This document shows, one piece after another, positions 13,401-23,922 of a stretch of 36,760 bases of DNA (positions within the stretch are counted from its first letter, which is position 1; every line of letters starts with the position of its first letter). The notes beneath the pieces were generated by a model. That model saw only the letters and a program-made list of their open reading frames with translations, was not told the origin of the DNA and did not search any database. The position numbers and the translations under genes are program-made. Origin of the DNA: Asterionella formosa (taxonomy: Eukaryota); NCBI GenBank assembly GCA_002256025.1, contig NKIB01015278.1, positions 1 through 36,760 of the forward strand, in the 5' to 3' direction.

Positions 13401-15036
13401 ATGGCTTGCTACCGACTGAAGTGGCGAGATAAAGACGGTGGTGGTACTGATACCGTCGTAATTGTTCCTCAGGCGCCTTCGCATCGCCATCTTCAAAATC
13501 CATGAATTCGCATTTTTCTTCGTCTGATTCCCGAACCCTAAGCATCTCCTGAATAGTCTTGTTTTCTTTCCATTGAATAACTCGCTCCTCGAAATCCTGA
13601 ATTGATGTGTTCACGAAGCGCTTCTGGTCACTTTGACTAAGTTTCGTCCACCACCTTGCTCCCTCCTTAGCAATGAGCTCGTTGCGCTCAACTCCTTTGG
13701 GGAGTCGATTGAAATAACGATGCTTTTTAGACAACACTCGCTCGATACGAGAGCGACTGTCGTTGAGGAAGAAAAAGAATGCAGGAATTGACTTGACTAG
13801 ACCCGTCGTACTTTTAAAAACAGCATTTGCATAATAATCATGATCATTCTTGACTGAAGGTGTTTGTGTATCTGGGGCTACGTCGCCGCTAATCGAGGAT
13901 GAACGTTTCCCCTTTGTCTTCTTCTTGTTTTCGTTAGTCATAGATTTTGCGGGTACCTCATTGAGCAGAGAAGGGCGATTCTTTTTCTTTTTAAAATTGT
14001 CTAGATTTTTCTTGACCCTGCTCAACCTAATTTCCCCGTATTCTACGCCATTCTGACTCTCATCGTCGGCGTCAGAGTCATCAGATGAGCGTTTGCGAGC
14101 ACCCTGATGTTGATCTTGCAAAAAATCTCCTTCTTCTTCGAATTCCATTTCTTCTTCGCCGACTACTGCTTCTACACGGCAATTCGAGCAAAGTGGAACC
14201 GAAGATCGATCCTCTGGGGCTTCTTTAAATTCTTCGCTGATGCGGCAGGACGGATAGTGCAACGAGGCTCCACAGTTCTCACAGGGAGCCAATTCTCCAC
14301 CTGATCTCTGGCATTCAGTACACTTACGCTTGATGCGACGTTCGGAAGCTCTTCCAGCAGGGGCCGGTGGGGCCTTTATTTTCTTCTTCTTCATGCAAAC
14401 AGGACAAAACCACGGATCATTGTCGTTGTCCAACGCCTGGCGCGACAGGTCTGTTGTCGGGATACACATGTGATGATACACACGAGGACATCCGTCACAA
14501 CAAACAACATCTCCAAAATCTCTGCAAACCTGGCAATAAAACTGATTCCCATCATTTCCTAGGACTTTCGGAATAGGCACTCCATTGTGCAACGTTTCTG
14601 TTGACAACTTCGCATCCTTATCAAAGGCCTTGTTGTTAACCCTCAGGTAAACAGTCACAAGCTTACCATTAGTGAGAGCATGAAGTGCTTTCGTTAATTC
14701 CTCGTTTCGCTCCGAGCTAATGGAGGGGTCCGCTGTGTCTTTTCTAGCATTGATAGCACGCACTCTCCTTCTGTGACGCGAAGATGCAGAATGATCGTGA
14801 TTGATTTCAGTTTCAGATTCTTCACCCTCTTCATCGAGAGAAAGGATTGATTTTTCCTGATGAATATCTGCCTCTTCAGAATGATAAAGCTCGCGTTGCA
14901 CATCACGTACAGTATCTCTTGTCTTTGTGTTTTCTGGTAAGTGGTCGCATGTGCTAGATTCATGAATGGGACCAGCAACATCGTCGCTATCCGACGATTT
15001 TCCTTCGTTTTCGTCACTTTCCCTTTCAGATTCCAT
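10453..15036 (-). CDS. SET1/Trithorax-type histone lysine methyltransferase with 2 PHD fingers, HMG-box-like region, bromodomain, SET and post-SET; 1527 aa
   Basis: PHD YCQVCRDFGDVVCCDGCPRVYHHMC..WFCPVC; second PHD CTEC..CENC..HYPSC..CSNC; bromodomain LFAEPV...YSTVVSNPIDF..I...CKNALAFNPPGS; SET VHGWGLFA...EYVGE...DATLKGGHGRYINHSC...EEITYDY; post-SET CNCGSELCRGFMN. Confidence 0.92.
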   Translation of the reverse strand: MESERESDENEGKSSDSDDVAGPIHESSTCDHLPENTKTRDTVRDVQRELYHSEEADIHQEKSILSLDEEGEESETEINHDHSASSRHRRRVRAINARKDTADPSISSERNEELTKALHALTNGKLVTVYLRVNNKAFDKDAKLSTETLHNGVPIPKVLGNDGNQFYCQVCRDFGDVVCCDGCPRVYHHMCIPTTDLSRQALDNDNDPWFCPVCMKKKKIKAPPAPAGRASERRIKRKCTECQRSGGELAPCENCGASLHYPSCRISEEFKEAPEDRSSVPLCSNCRVEAVVGEEEMEFEEEGDFLQDQHQGARKRSSDDSDADDESQNGVEYGEIRLSRVKKNLDNFKKKKNRPSLLNEVPAKSMTNENKKKTKGKRSSSISGDVAPDTQTPSVKNDHDYYANAVFKSTTGLVKSIPAFFFFLNDSRSRIERVLSKKHRYFNRLPKGVERNELIAKEGARWWTKLSQSDQKRFVNTSIQDFEERVIQWKENKTIQEMLRVRESDEEKCEFMDFEDGDAKAPEEQLRRYQYHHRLYLATSVGSKPFTPEQGKSNNRVLLELLQDIRFHPLPMLSANRTDLHSGEPALLKACIPHFDVHGPVATCVGDECLGCTRGWNHHCSVVKRRLPAIERRARLQPPLSSLLASRVGLGLKPKIRDQNDLRNDDFDQQVKLFEVRETKKAKEEKLVPPIPSFTLRQPSTRVDDVVLFIEEALAMKVPEPPRPSEPNLRSETQKKATLSRGRLPFSKKQRLESNGETPSICKESDINRCGRCRAIIRGDTGCVQCRRAQLVINTSKKSASYIATVDSPPTGKSEKDSTGFLKVQTAMLGRLSSKECNFDDQSESDKRFADAIVNMLWSPCAVLPPSKTLIPTRRHYDEVTWESQHQYAFDAKIPDSEFRDLDGGASHDSYATADIAGHIDSINENDSKFAGLRRQRSARLMAAASILALCADAAPTDAPSPDRQQIALEHKEESKELLDRCVRVACSGILLAMMRRDPLRLFAEPVGDNIVGYSTVVSNPIDFSIIRARVLKCKYVTLGGFVSDARQLCKNALAFNPPGSIYFKTATELLEVVEIMQERATRWISTVKNAHSASFSWRMNSTGKPLHFDGQDTGNDDSENDPFKELRKSWPDAVEMLETGEWLMEQISSDLVRTKENENAYYGSIAVQRAAAAAEASLAPYPDAGGVYSAVANRNHTDDEQLRRTINNCISQLPSSLDLSRIPSWREETLVRILRRVQSKRVEGRTSSENGCARCDGVQLDPEDKMAMTADAIRWGRNKKKGEQDTLPRVAESRLPLTTGNASMNTRERIDASQRGMNAVKSDICTPIDQVDEDEWSVVNKAAVSVRGSRVHGWGLFADQSFRKGAVVAEYVGEYISNAVADAREKMYQERRIQDYQFRVDESLVIDATLKGGHGRYINHSCSPSCIAKIFDGKAPNTHLKRVIIIAQRDINSMEEITYDYQFPLELDLDARIPCNCGSELCRGFMNWDLPEKGSKSSATRAQKRGGNMRDRIRRLGKKTNKKSSP

Positions 15037-15410
15037 TATGAATAAGACAAAATATGAAGGACAGATAAAATAATGAAGAAACTAAGGATAAGCAATCGTC
15101 AAGTTGTGAGGATAAACACAATTATTGCTGTGATGCTGCGTTGAAAATGTGGCCTTTGCCCTTCCCGCAGCCTGAGGATCGGTGTTTTGTGCGATTTGTA
15201 GTCTGTCATAAGCATTTCGGTAAACGAAACGTCTTCTATTGCCCTTTAGTTTTATCACGTTCTTTGATTAAGGGCTTTTTTTCGATTTACTCACTTCGGT
15301 GTTCGTCCCATCATGTCGTTTTATGTTGACTTCTTGTTTACAGCCCCATCTTATCGTACATGATGAATTTTGTTTGCATGATTTAGACCGCTACCACAAA
15401 GTACCAGGTA

Positions 15411-15508
15411 CCAGCAAGTTGCGGTCATTTGGCTTAAACAAACAATTTAATATAGGATAAAGATAGCTAAACTTTTATTTTCAGCATAATTACCGGAACT
15501 TGCACAGG
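15411..15508 (+). mobile_element. MITE-like element family A, copy 1 (98 bp, TA-flanked)
   Basis: TA|CCAGCAAGTTGCGGTCATTT ... AATTACCGGAACTTGCACAGG|TA. Closely similar to the reverse complement of 20174-20268 (shared core ACAATTTAATrTAGGATAAAGATAGCTAAA). Confidence 0.75.
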
Positions 15509-16421
15509 TACTTGCTTAGCCTATATGTACACAAAGGTATATATATATGATTATGAGAGTGGATCAAACCCATACATACTATGACGGACAGTGTTGACGC
15601 TACGTGGCAATCTGCTATGAATAAGCGTGAGGACGGAACAATCATAAAAATATGCACCGCTGCATTATCACATACTATGGTTACGACGATTCTTTATGTA
15701 TATTTTGTATAAAAAATTATTGCGCGCTGAAAAGCTAAGAAAGTTGGAAATAATTTAAAACTTCAGGCGAGCTCGAAGGAAGCGCGAGGTGAGTCTTCAT
15801 GAGCTTATGGCGAAGCAGTTATGGACCCTTGCTTCCCAATACAGTCTATTATGTAATACAGTAACCTTGGGACCCTTGATTGCATGAAAGATAAGCAACG
15901 TGAGGCTGTAGTAGGATGCGGATTCAGGTTACATCTTACTATACCAAGGTATTAGAACTCAAAAGAGTCTGCCTCACATCTTGTGATTCTGACAAGCTTA
16001 CAAGTTCTCGAATTATCAACTGCTGGACCTTTTCTAATAAGTTTGATAAGCACTTTATCAGGCTACTAGTATAGTTACTTGGTTTTCATTGATAATAAGA
16101 AGAATGGTAAGTATTCAAAGAAAATCGTCATTGTTTGTAATGGTTCCAAAGAGTTTTAACAGGATTATGGGTTTTGCTGGCAATCATATAGATTATTTTC
16201 GAATTCTGAGTTTTCCCTAGTACCATACGGAATTCGTTTGTGGTACCCGGTAATTCATACGGGAATTTTCTTTCCTAAAATAATTTCTCCAACAGCCCCT
16301 AAAAACAGCAATAAATCAAAAGTACCGTATCATTGTTTTTGCATTACATATATGTATACCACTGGTTACTCCTCGATCCAAGCCAGCAGCATCGACCTTC
16401 CGCAATTAGGATAAATTGAAA

Positions 16422-16709
16422 ATGGCAGACGTAAGCCAAGAAAGTGGGCATCGGCTTACGTTGAATCTCGAGGCGTCACCAGTGCAGGGGCAGCTTGGAT
16501 CCGCTGTTTTGGATCTCAATGGCCGATTGATACAGAGTGGTGGTCAGTTATCGGATCATAACGCCTTCATTCTCTACAAGATGCTGTTGGAAGCTGGCAT
16601 GCTGAAGAAGGAGACCGTGGAACGATTGACGGTGTCGTTCTCAACTGCTCGATACGCGGTAGCGAGAGACGATACCCATGTCTATGTCGTTCAAGTCAAG
16701 GCGTCCTGA
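16422..16709 (+). CDS. LAMTOR4: Ragulator subunit LAMTOR4-like roadblock protein, 95 aa
   Basis: Length and pattern QGQLGSAVLDLNGRLIQSGGQL...VERLTVSF..RYAV....VYVVQV parallel LAMTOR4 (DQLGYLVL..GAVLASSGDL...FKRLSVVF....VFVVK). Confidence 0.7.
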   Translation: MADVSQESGHRLTLNLEASPVQGQLGSAVLDLNGRLIQSGGQLSDHNAFILYKMLLEAGMLKKETVERLTVSFSTARYAVARDDTHVYVVQVKAS

Positions 16710-16845
16710 GCAAAGGTAATCAGATAATAAATGTAGCCTTAGTCTATCTAAAATAGTTTGAAGCTCGAAAAACGGATAACCGAGGACATTTTAAAGTTGT
16801 AATCATTCGCTGACTCTAGTTTTGTTAGCCTTTTTCTGATCTATT

Positions 16846-17796
16846 TTAACTTTCAAAATGTATCTTATGACCTGCATTGATGAGAACTCCAGTGAAACGA
16901 TCATGAGATGGCAGGTTGTATGTTGCCACATGTTCGGTTGGAGGGTCAAAGAATGTAATTATGTCATTTGTGTTTCTACCCTTCATAGTCTCCTCTAGGT
17001 GTTCCCACCAGTCAAAGCCTCCATTGTTCATTATCCCACGGAACCACGGTGACCACAAAAGGCCTTTTTCCTCGAACATAGCCTTTAGACCATTGATTGA
17101 GACGTATTTGTACTCATCGACCTCATCCGGATTTATTTTAAGGATTGTCTCGTTTGGGCATTGCACGAACAACACGTAGTCGACTTCGTGCTCCCCCCAT
17201 GGCGCATCATTCCCGTAGGTCTTTGTGTCTGCCGCCCAGTAGTGGAAGCGCGAAATAAACTGAATCTTTTCATGGGGTACAAATGTGGGAGCGATTCCCA
17301 ACTCATGTCTTAATTTCCGAATGGCAGCATGTTTAATACCTGGAAAGGACGGATACGCCGCTGGAACTTCATCTACTTCATTAGGAAACATATTATGCAG
17401 CGGATGTGAACAGCATGTATTCGTCCAGACTCCCGGAAAAGTGATTTTTGAGTCCGCTCTCCGAGTCAAGAGCATTTCATTCTTTTCGTTGAAAATGAAA
17501 ATGGAGAAGGCTCGATGGGCAACCCCTCGTGGTTGGTTAGCATTGAAGACGTGCGCTTGTTTCTTCGAAACAACAACGTCGTGAACAACCACATCCTTTT
17601 CATCGACCACGACGAGTAAATCAGAATCCATCATGGCTGCTTGATCCATGCCATTGCCATATTCGGCAGCGTAACATTGAATCGCTCGGCGGGAGGCAGG
17701 TGCAGATAAAAACGCGACACCAAAGGCGCTTGAATGCGGAACGACCGCTAGACAGGAAAGGAGATTTAAAAGTGCTCGACTCTTGGGAGACCACAT
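16846..17796 (-). CDS. IDI: Type 1 isopentenyl-diphosphate delta-isomerase, plastid-targeted, 316 aa
   Basis: Motifs HRAFSIFIFN, KITFPGVWTNTCCSHP, AAIRKLRHELGI, WGEHEVDYVLF, WSPWF. The N-terminal signal peptide ends SSA|FGVAF, resembling the diatom ASAFAP bipartite presequence. Confidence 0.95.
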   Translation of the reverse strand: MWSPKSRALLNLLSCLAVVPHSSAFGVAFLSAPASRRAIQCYAAEYGNGMDQAAMMDSDLLVVVDEKDVVVHDVVVSKKQAHVFNANQPRGVAHRAFSIFIFNEKNEMLLTRRADSKITFPGVWTNTCCSHPLHNMFPNEVDEVPAAYPSFPGIKHAAIRKLRHELGIAPTFVPHEKIQFISRFHYWAADTKTYGNDAPWGEHEVDYVLFVQCPNETILKINPDEVDEYKYVSINGLKAMFEEKGLLWSPWFRGIMNNGGFDWWEHLEETMKGRNTNDIITFFDPPTEHVATYNLPSHDRFTGVLINAGHKIHFES

Positions 17797-18039
17797 CGCC
17801 TCGTCAGGAGCATCAAGTTACGTTAGATTGTTAGGGCCGTCACTTGAAGTTTTTCGCCACGAACAAATTGGTTTTGGAGTTCTGGTCGGGAAGGAAAGGA
17901 ATGCGTTTTGAAAGCAAAATGATCATGATGGTGTCACCCTGGTAATTAATAGCCTATTGTTAATATGACGGCATGGATACGTGTAATACCTACTACAAAT
18001 AGGTACGCAATGTACTCCTATATGTACCGGGACGTGATA

Positions 18040-18218
18040 TGGTACCAGGTACCTGGTACTCCAGGTACTGCAATTACCGGTACCTGCATGTCCCTTGCTT
18101 ATTATACCTGGTGTGTACATGGTATGGTACCTGGTACCGTACCATACTGTATCCAGCAGTAGACTACAAGGTCCCGGTATATTGGTTTTGATCATACCCT
18201 GGTACCTGGTACCAGGTA
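18040..18218. repeat. Dense cluster of TACCWGGTA/TACCGGTA units upstream of IDI
   Basis: TGGTACCAGGTACCTGGTACTCCAGGTAC, TTACCGGTACC, GGTACCTGGTACCGTACC and TACCCTGGTACCTGGTACCAGGTA all fall within ~180 bp. Confidence 0.9.
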
Positions 18219-18459
18219 GTATGTATTACTCTTTCCTCCGCGTGGCAGAAATATATCAGTACCGGCATATTTAGTATGTAGAGTTAGGTTTGATTTTTAG
18301 ATACACACCGGCATGGTAAAATATATTTACCAAATATGCAGCGAAAAAGGTAATAAATAAATGAATAAAAGTTGTTCCTGACAAAAATCACCATCAGCAT
18401 GTTGAACCATATAATCAAAAAATCAATGTCATCAGTGGCTGTTGTTAGTAGCCGCCCAG

Positions 18460-19450
18460 CAGGTTCATTTTACATGAACTCAGCATGGTAACAATTTCAG
18501 CTTCAAGGAATGGTTGATGGTACTTCTTGTCCACAACATTCCAACTGCTTGAGATTCAATTGAGCAAGCCATCATTGGGCCACCACTTCAACCAATTGAT
18601 GGAACTACTTTCTTGTTATGGAAGAAAAATTCTGAATATGTCTCCATAGTAGGCAGTAACAATAAAATTCATTTGGTTCTAGCACACCCAGATTTGGCAA
18701 AGCAATATGGAAACTATTGTTCTAGTTGCATATTCACTCGTATTGTAGGCCTAGCTTCAATAAATGGCCCATATACAAAGCACGTTTAGAAGTTCAATCA
18801 AACCAACATTAGGCAATAACCGGAATTACTTTGTTAATGATTCAATCTGGCTGCATAAACCTCCTTTGTAACAGTAATGAATTTTGGCTTCAAGCAAACC
18901 CCTTTATTAATTCATTGATAACCATGAAACACCAACCTTTCATAGAAAATGAAGTTGCCGACCTTCCTGTCAAACAAGGTGTGAACCCATACATGTCATG
19001 ATTCCATGGCTACTATGCTGTTTCCCAAAAGGCACATTACCTACTGCACGTTAGACTTTGTAGGTAATATGCTGCTTTCTGGGGACAGCTTCTTGTTGCC
19101 AGGTCAATATATTATCTGTCAAGACTTGGAAACCTAGAACGATTTTAACTGATGTATATATCCATGTTGAAGCAGACAAAAATCCAAACATAAATGCTGG
19201 ATCAAATAGAATTTGAGGCTCAAAACCAGTTTACCAATGGAGCTTCAGAGTAATTTTATTGTGGGGAGGATGTTGTCCAGAAACTTAAATACTAGGGTAT
19301 TGCTGCTATTGTTGAGTTGGCTGTAGCTAACAATGAGAAAAGCGGTTGCAAGACTGGCACATGTCATCCAGCCAGCAAGCAGGAATCATATGAGACTTGC
19401 CAAAATTAACATTTTGAAGGACAGTCAAACAGTCTTCGCAAAATATCTAT
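18460..19450 (+). pseudogene. Decayed coding remnant (unknown, probably TE-derived)
   Basis: A ~100-codon frame NFSFKEWLMVLLVHNIPTA*DSIEQAIIGPPLQPIDG...GPYTKHV* is broken by TGA/TAG in a CpG-poor, TG/CA-rich block. Confidence 0.3.
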
Positions 19451-20173
19451 CCTAAATATACATATATACTCATTTGTTTAGCTTTAATGTACTATAAAAT
19501 TTAATTGACATTTTTCATAGCATGTACTTATGTGTTTAGGTACACTACCAGCAGGAAAATAGTAAAAGATGCGTACTTCTCCATGTCTGGATTATATGCA
19601 AGGCAAGAGGTGTTAATATATTTAGTATAACTTTGGTACTCCTAACTGGTACCTAAACAGAGATACTGGTTAACGCAATTTAAAAACCGACTAGGCTTAC
19701 TCTCCTCTGCCAACTTTGGACGGATAGCATTTGTATGCGCTCAGAATGATATCCCCCCTGTCGGTTGTCTCTGGCAATATAATACACCACTGTGGATTTG
19801 GAAGATTAACTGCTGAAGCCAGCTTACGATATGTGGTGCGTTTTTGGAATGGAATTTTTTAACAGTGGCAACCACCTCATGACAATTATGTTTTTGATGC
19901 CGGCCTGACCTATGTTTGCGAGAAAGCGAGGCAAATTTGTCACTATCATTTAATTAGGCAGTACGAGGCGAGCGCGCAATTCCATATATGTTGTTGTACA
20001 GTACTTTTATTCACATCTAACCGAAACAATAAGAATTTAACGGTTCCTGGAAACAAAAGGAGCCAATCCTCACGTAGAAAATGGTATGTTTTCTACGTAA
20101 TCCGTCCTAAAATAAAGCTGCTTGGCATTTGGGTGCTGCTAATCGTCGCAACTGTTTTCGGCCAGAGGGAATA

Positions 20174-20268
20174 CCCCTAAGTTGCGGTAATTTTGCTGAA
20201 CTAAAGATTTAGCTATCTTTATCCTACATTAAATTGTCTATTAAAGCAAAATGACCGCAACTTGCTGG
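20174..20268 (-). mobile_element. MITE-like element family A, copy 2 (95 bp, TA-flanked)
   Basis: TA|CCCCTAAGTTGCGGTAATTTTGC ... GCAAAATGACCGCAACTTGCTGG|TA, with internal inverted AAGTTGCGGT.ATTTTGC ends. Reverse-complement match to 15411-15508. Confidence 0.75.
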
Positions 20269-20288
20269 TACCTGGTACCATCAGATAA

Positions 20289-20365
20289 GGGAGTTTGCGG
20301 TACAAAACGGTTTTTTACTGTAAGGAAAAACAAATCTAAATTCTCATCTACAGCAACTTGCTTGG
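20289..20365 (+). mobile_element. MITE-like element family B, copy 1 (shares AAGTTGCGGTA end motif with family A)
   Basis: GGGAGTTTGCGGTAC...TTTTTACTGTAAG...CTAAATTCTCATCTACAGCAACTTG aligns with the reverse complement of 30693-30764. Confidence 0.6.
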
Positions 20366-20560
20366 TACCGATATTTACATCGTATGTACTTTGGCCTATA
20401 TATTTTCGGCGATTGCCGCCAGACTAAGTTTGCTTGTTACTATCAATGGAATATCAGTACTGGTCAATCCATTCACTTTGTTTTGATTTACTTCGACAGT
20501 CAATAATCATACAAAGATTGTCTGAAGACCATTCCCAAGCATGAGTTTTCAACCATAAAA

Positions 20561-20935
20561 CAAGATTGTGTTCGCCGAAGGCAATCATGTGAAGCATCAA
20601 ATGAACCAGTGTGTCTGGTGTCAATTTTCAAACTCAAGATCGTCTTTATATAGTTGAAAGCAATCATGTGATGCATCAACAAACCAAGCGTGACTGGTTT
20701 CAATTTTAACTCAAGATCATCTTTATATAGTTGAAGGCAATCATGTGATTTATCAACAAACCAAGCATTACTGGTGTCGATTTGTCTTTCTAACACAAGA
20801 TCGTCTTTATTTAGTTGAAAGCAATCATATGTTCCATCAAAAGAGACCAAGCTGTACTGGTGCCAATTTTTTAAACAAAAGGCATCGCTGAAGACAATCG
20901 TGTGAGCGATGCATTGAAAAAGCAAGCGTGTCAGT
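20561..20935. repeat. Minisatellite, ~5 diverged units of 74-84 bp
   Basis: Unit starts CAAGAT at 20561, 20635, 20712 and 20796, with a degenerate unit at ~20876. Consensus CAAGATCGTCTTTATATAGTTGAArGCAATCATGTGA..CATCAACAAACCAAGC...CTGGTGTCAATTTT. Confidence 0.9.
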
Positions 20936-22435
20936 CGAAGTTTTTACACAATAATTTTACACTAAGTGGTGGTGGCAGGACACATGCAACAGTGATTGCC
21001 GCCAGTTGTGTATGCAATTGTGAAACAACGGTCAAACATTAGACTCTTCAAACTCTCATACTAACTAACTTCTAATCTAATTCTTGCATTGAAATTCTAC
21101 AAAGAGCGAATTATCAAAAATCGCATCACTAACCCTGTTCATGTTTCTACAAATCCATGGGTTAAACCTATGACCATGTTTGGTTACTGTGCTGTGCTCT
21201 GGCCATACCCGCCGTCTTTTTTTGATTCTGCCCAGGAAATTTTAGTGGTCATGAACCCTCACTCCTGTTGGTCAGCTAGTGGCTTTTGTGCCTAAAAAAC
21301 CAGCAGAATGCTGCACAGATTGCACATGTGCAACAATAGCAACACTATTATTATAGATATGACAAAATATTGAATATGTCTCATTTCAGTCATCTCCTGG
21401 ATAATATTTATTATTTACAGCAGGATGGATAATTACAGCCTGGATACCACCGTTTTTTGTAATGCGGGATATTTATATTGCAGAACAGGATGCCATATAT
21501 CCCATGCATGATATTCCCGAACTATGCATACTACTTAACGAAATCAAAATTTATCATATCAAACCTTTTCATAGGTGAAAGGTTTTCCCTTCCTTGTGTG
21601 GTTGAGTGAACAATCCAGATCAACCACACATAAACCTATAGGGTAAGGATTACATAGATTATATCAGAACTCTACCAGGGGAGAACTCGACGAACTCCTA
21701 TTAAGTACTTTAATGTCAACCTAGGAGAATGAGTTGCACACAAGGATTAACTAGCTAATAAGCTCATATATTCAACAAATCCTACTACTTCTAGTTAGAT
21801 TCTTCACTTTGTACCTGGTACAAGTACTCTATGTAGTGTTGGTAAGGAAGTGTATCTGTATTCCTGTTCAAATTAGTAAGAATATATTAAATGTCATTAA
21901 ATTTACTATTTATAGAAACTCATTTCGGGAATACAGCCAGGACATCAGTAGTACTTACTAATAGGCAACACATATGATGCGTTGTACTCCATACACCACG
22001 GGTACATACCTAATTACGTTGACATACGATGCTTCCATTTCCGCCAGCCTGCTTCGACCGTGAAGCCTGAAAGCAGGGTGGACACGCGCGCTCTACTGAC
22101 CTACGGTCCGGTACTTTCTGATCGAAAATGAAATTTTCGACCAGAGGAGGCTGACTTGTTTGGCGATTAGGCTTGCGTTCACAATTTTTGATAGCACTGT
22201 AAGTGCGATCTTACAAATATGATGGGTACCTGGTACTGCATTTTCCACAAGACAGTTCCAGCACCTGTTTGTCAACTACCGGTATACCCTATGCTAAGGC
22301 CACACAGGCCATCCCATTCGGTGTTGCTCCCGCAGTGGGTTTCATGTTGCATGGAAAATTTGGTGAGCTTATATCTCAGAATGTCTCAGTTTTCAACATA
22401 AAACGCTCATCATTCAGGATAGAGCAAGATTCGCC

Positions 22436-23807
22436 ATGATGCTTCGCCAGAGAGACAGCCACACAAAGCAAATGACAGAAGCACCCCTGTCACCAAGAAT
22501 GGCAATGCGGAAGCAGCTTAGAGAAGACCCATCAGGCTATCTACAGAGTGGTGTTGACGAGGAACCCCCAGCTCTAGAGTTGTTCCCAAAGCCGAGGCGT
22601 CCGTCGTCCAGTACACTATTCGCCAAACTCAATGTTGAGATTATTCAATATCAGGTAAATTGCTTGACTCAGTTCTTGACCACTGTGTTCTTTTGGCTAG
22701 AAGAAAGGTATTCGAGCGACTGTTCTGATATCGCGTCCGCTAACGACACATTTGGCAATGTTTTCATCACAGAGACTAGTTCATGAATTAGAGGCGCTCG
22801 TTGACAAGAGTGGACGAACTCCGGAAGACCAATGGAGATCACGTATTCTCTTGCGTTCTATCGAAGAAGCAGATCAGTACATATGGACTCAGATTCAGCA
22901 GCAGTGTCATCAGCAGAGCGCGGATCGCACCGTGCGAGCATCTTTTGGGAAGGTGCATCGTGATTACAAGCGAGTCAATTCTACGTTTCGTAAGATCCTC
23001 ATGAACTACAAAGTAAGGCAAGGAGTGGAGTTGTCCTTCTTGACGGCACAGCGTGAAAGACCGAAATCTTTGAAGGAGCAACAGGCAGTAGAAGACGACT
23101 TTTTTGAACGGACCATGAAGGAACGAGAACAGGAAGTCAACAGGATAAATACCGCCATGCAACAAGTCAACGACATTTACAAGGACTTGGCGCATTTGGT
23201 TGTTTCTCAGCAAGACCAAATTGATCAAGTTGAAGGTAACATACAATATTCCAATGCGGCCACACTGGTCGGCACAGAACACTTAAAACAGGTAAACACG
23301 AGGACTTCTCCCTTCGACTGTGGCGGCAGCGATGTAGTGGTCAATGGTGATGACGATGGACAGGAAACAAAAACAAGAGAGAAGCGCCGAAGAGACAACA
23401 TCTCAGTGTGTGGTGATCTCAAATATTCTGACTCCGACTATATTCAGGAAAAAGGATCCGACACTGAAAGTGATGTCTCCGTTGTATTGAAAGGTAGTTG
23501 TGAAGGCTTGGTGGATGAAAACCCAGAATTCATCAGGCAAAATAAACAAAAAAATTCGAATAAGGGCAAGGAAAAGATATTTGGCAAGCGAAAGCAAAGG
23601 GTACGGCGAGACTCACAACAAAGTGAGACAGAACAAGGTTGTTCGTGGATGCCAACATGTGATTCAATGCGGAGTGAAATCATTGGCGTTCAGAAGGATC
23701 TCATTGGCTTTGTGATGAGCGATGTTCTTGCGTCCAGTAAATGCATGCAGGAAGTGCTGACTTGTGGTTCGCCAAACGATGTCGCGTACGACTGCGACAG
23801 CCGATAA
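22436..23807 (+). CDS. Syntaxin-like Qa-SNARE (STX7/13/PEP12-like SNARE motif) lacking a C-terminal TM helix; exons 22436-22654, 22773-23807; ~417 aa
   Basis: SNARE motif EREQEVNRINTAMQQVNDIYKDLAHLVVSQQDQIDQVEGNIQYS, preceded by Habc-like helices. A 118-bp intron CAG|GTAAAT..CGCTAAC..CACAG (22655-22772) joins the two ORFs in frame. Confidence 0.8.
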
Positions 23808-23922
23808 ATAGTCACGACACTTCGTTGTCAATTTATTCATAACAATCATTAATTGCAGTTACCGAAACTTTTACAATTCCGGTACCAGTATTATAATATA
23901 TTGGGGAGAATCTAGAATACCA

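Noticed and set aside
10690..15017. Many antisense or alternate-frame ORFs within the SET gene (likewise within PLC, CDC16, IDI and ureDF)
   Set aside because: Shadow ORFs of long coding sequences with no motifs of their own.
17923..18195. ORFs rich in VPGT/WYQ/TRY
   Set aside because: These are translation artefacts of the GGTACCAGGTACC motif cluster.
20561..20935. CRISPR-like array
   Set aside because: Whole units are similar along their length with no unique spacers, there are no cas genes, and the context is eukaryotic.
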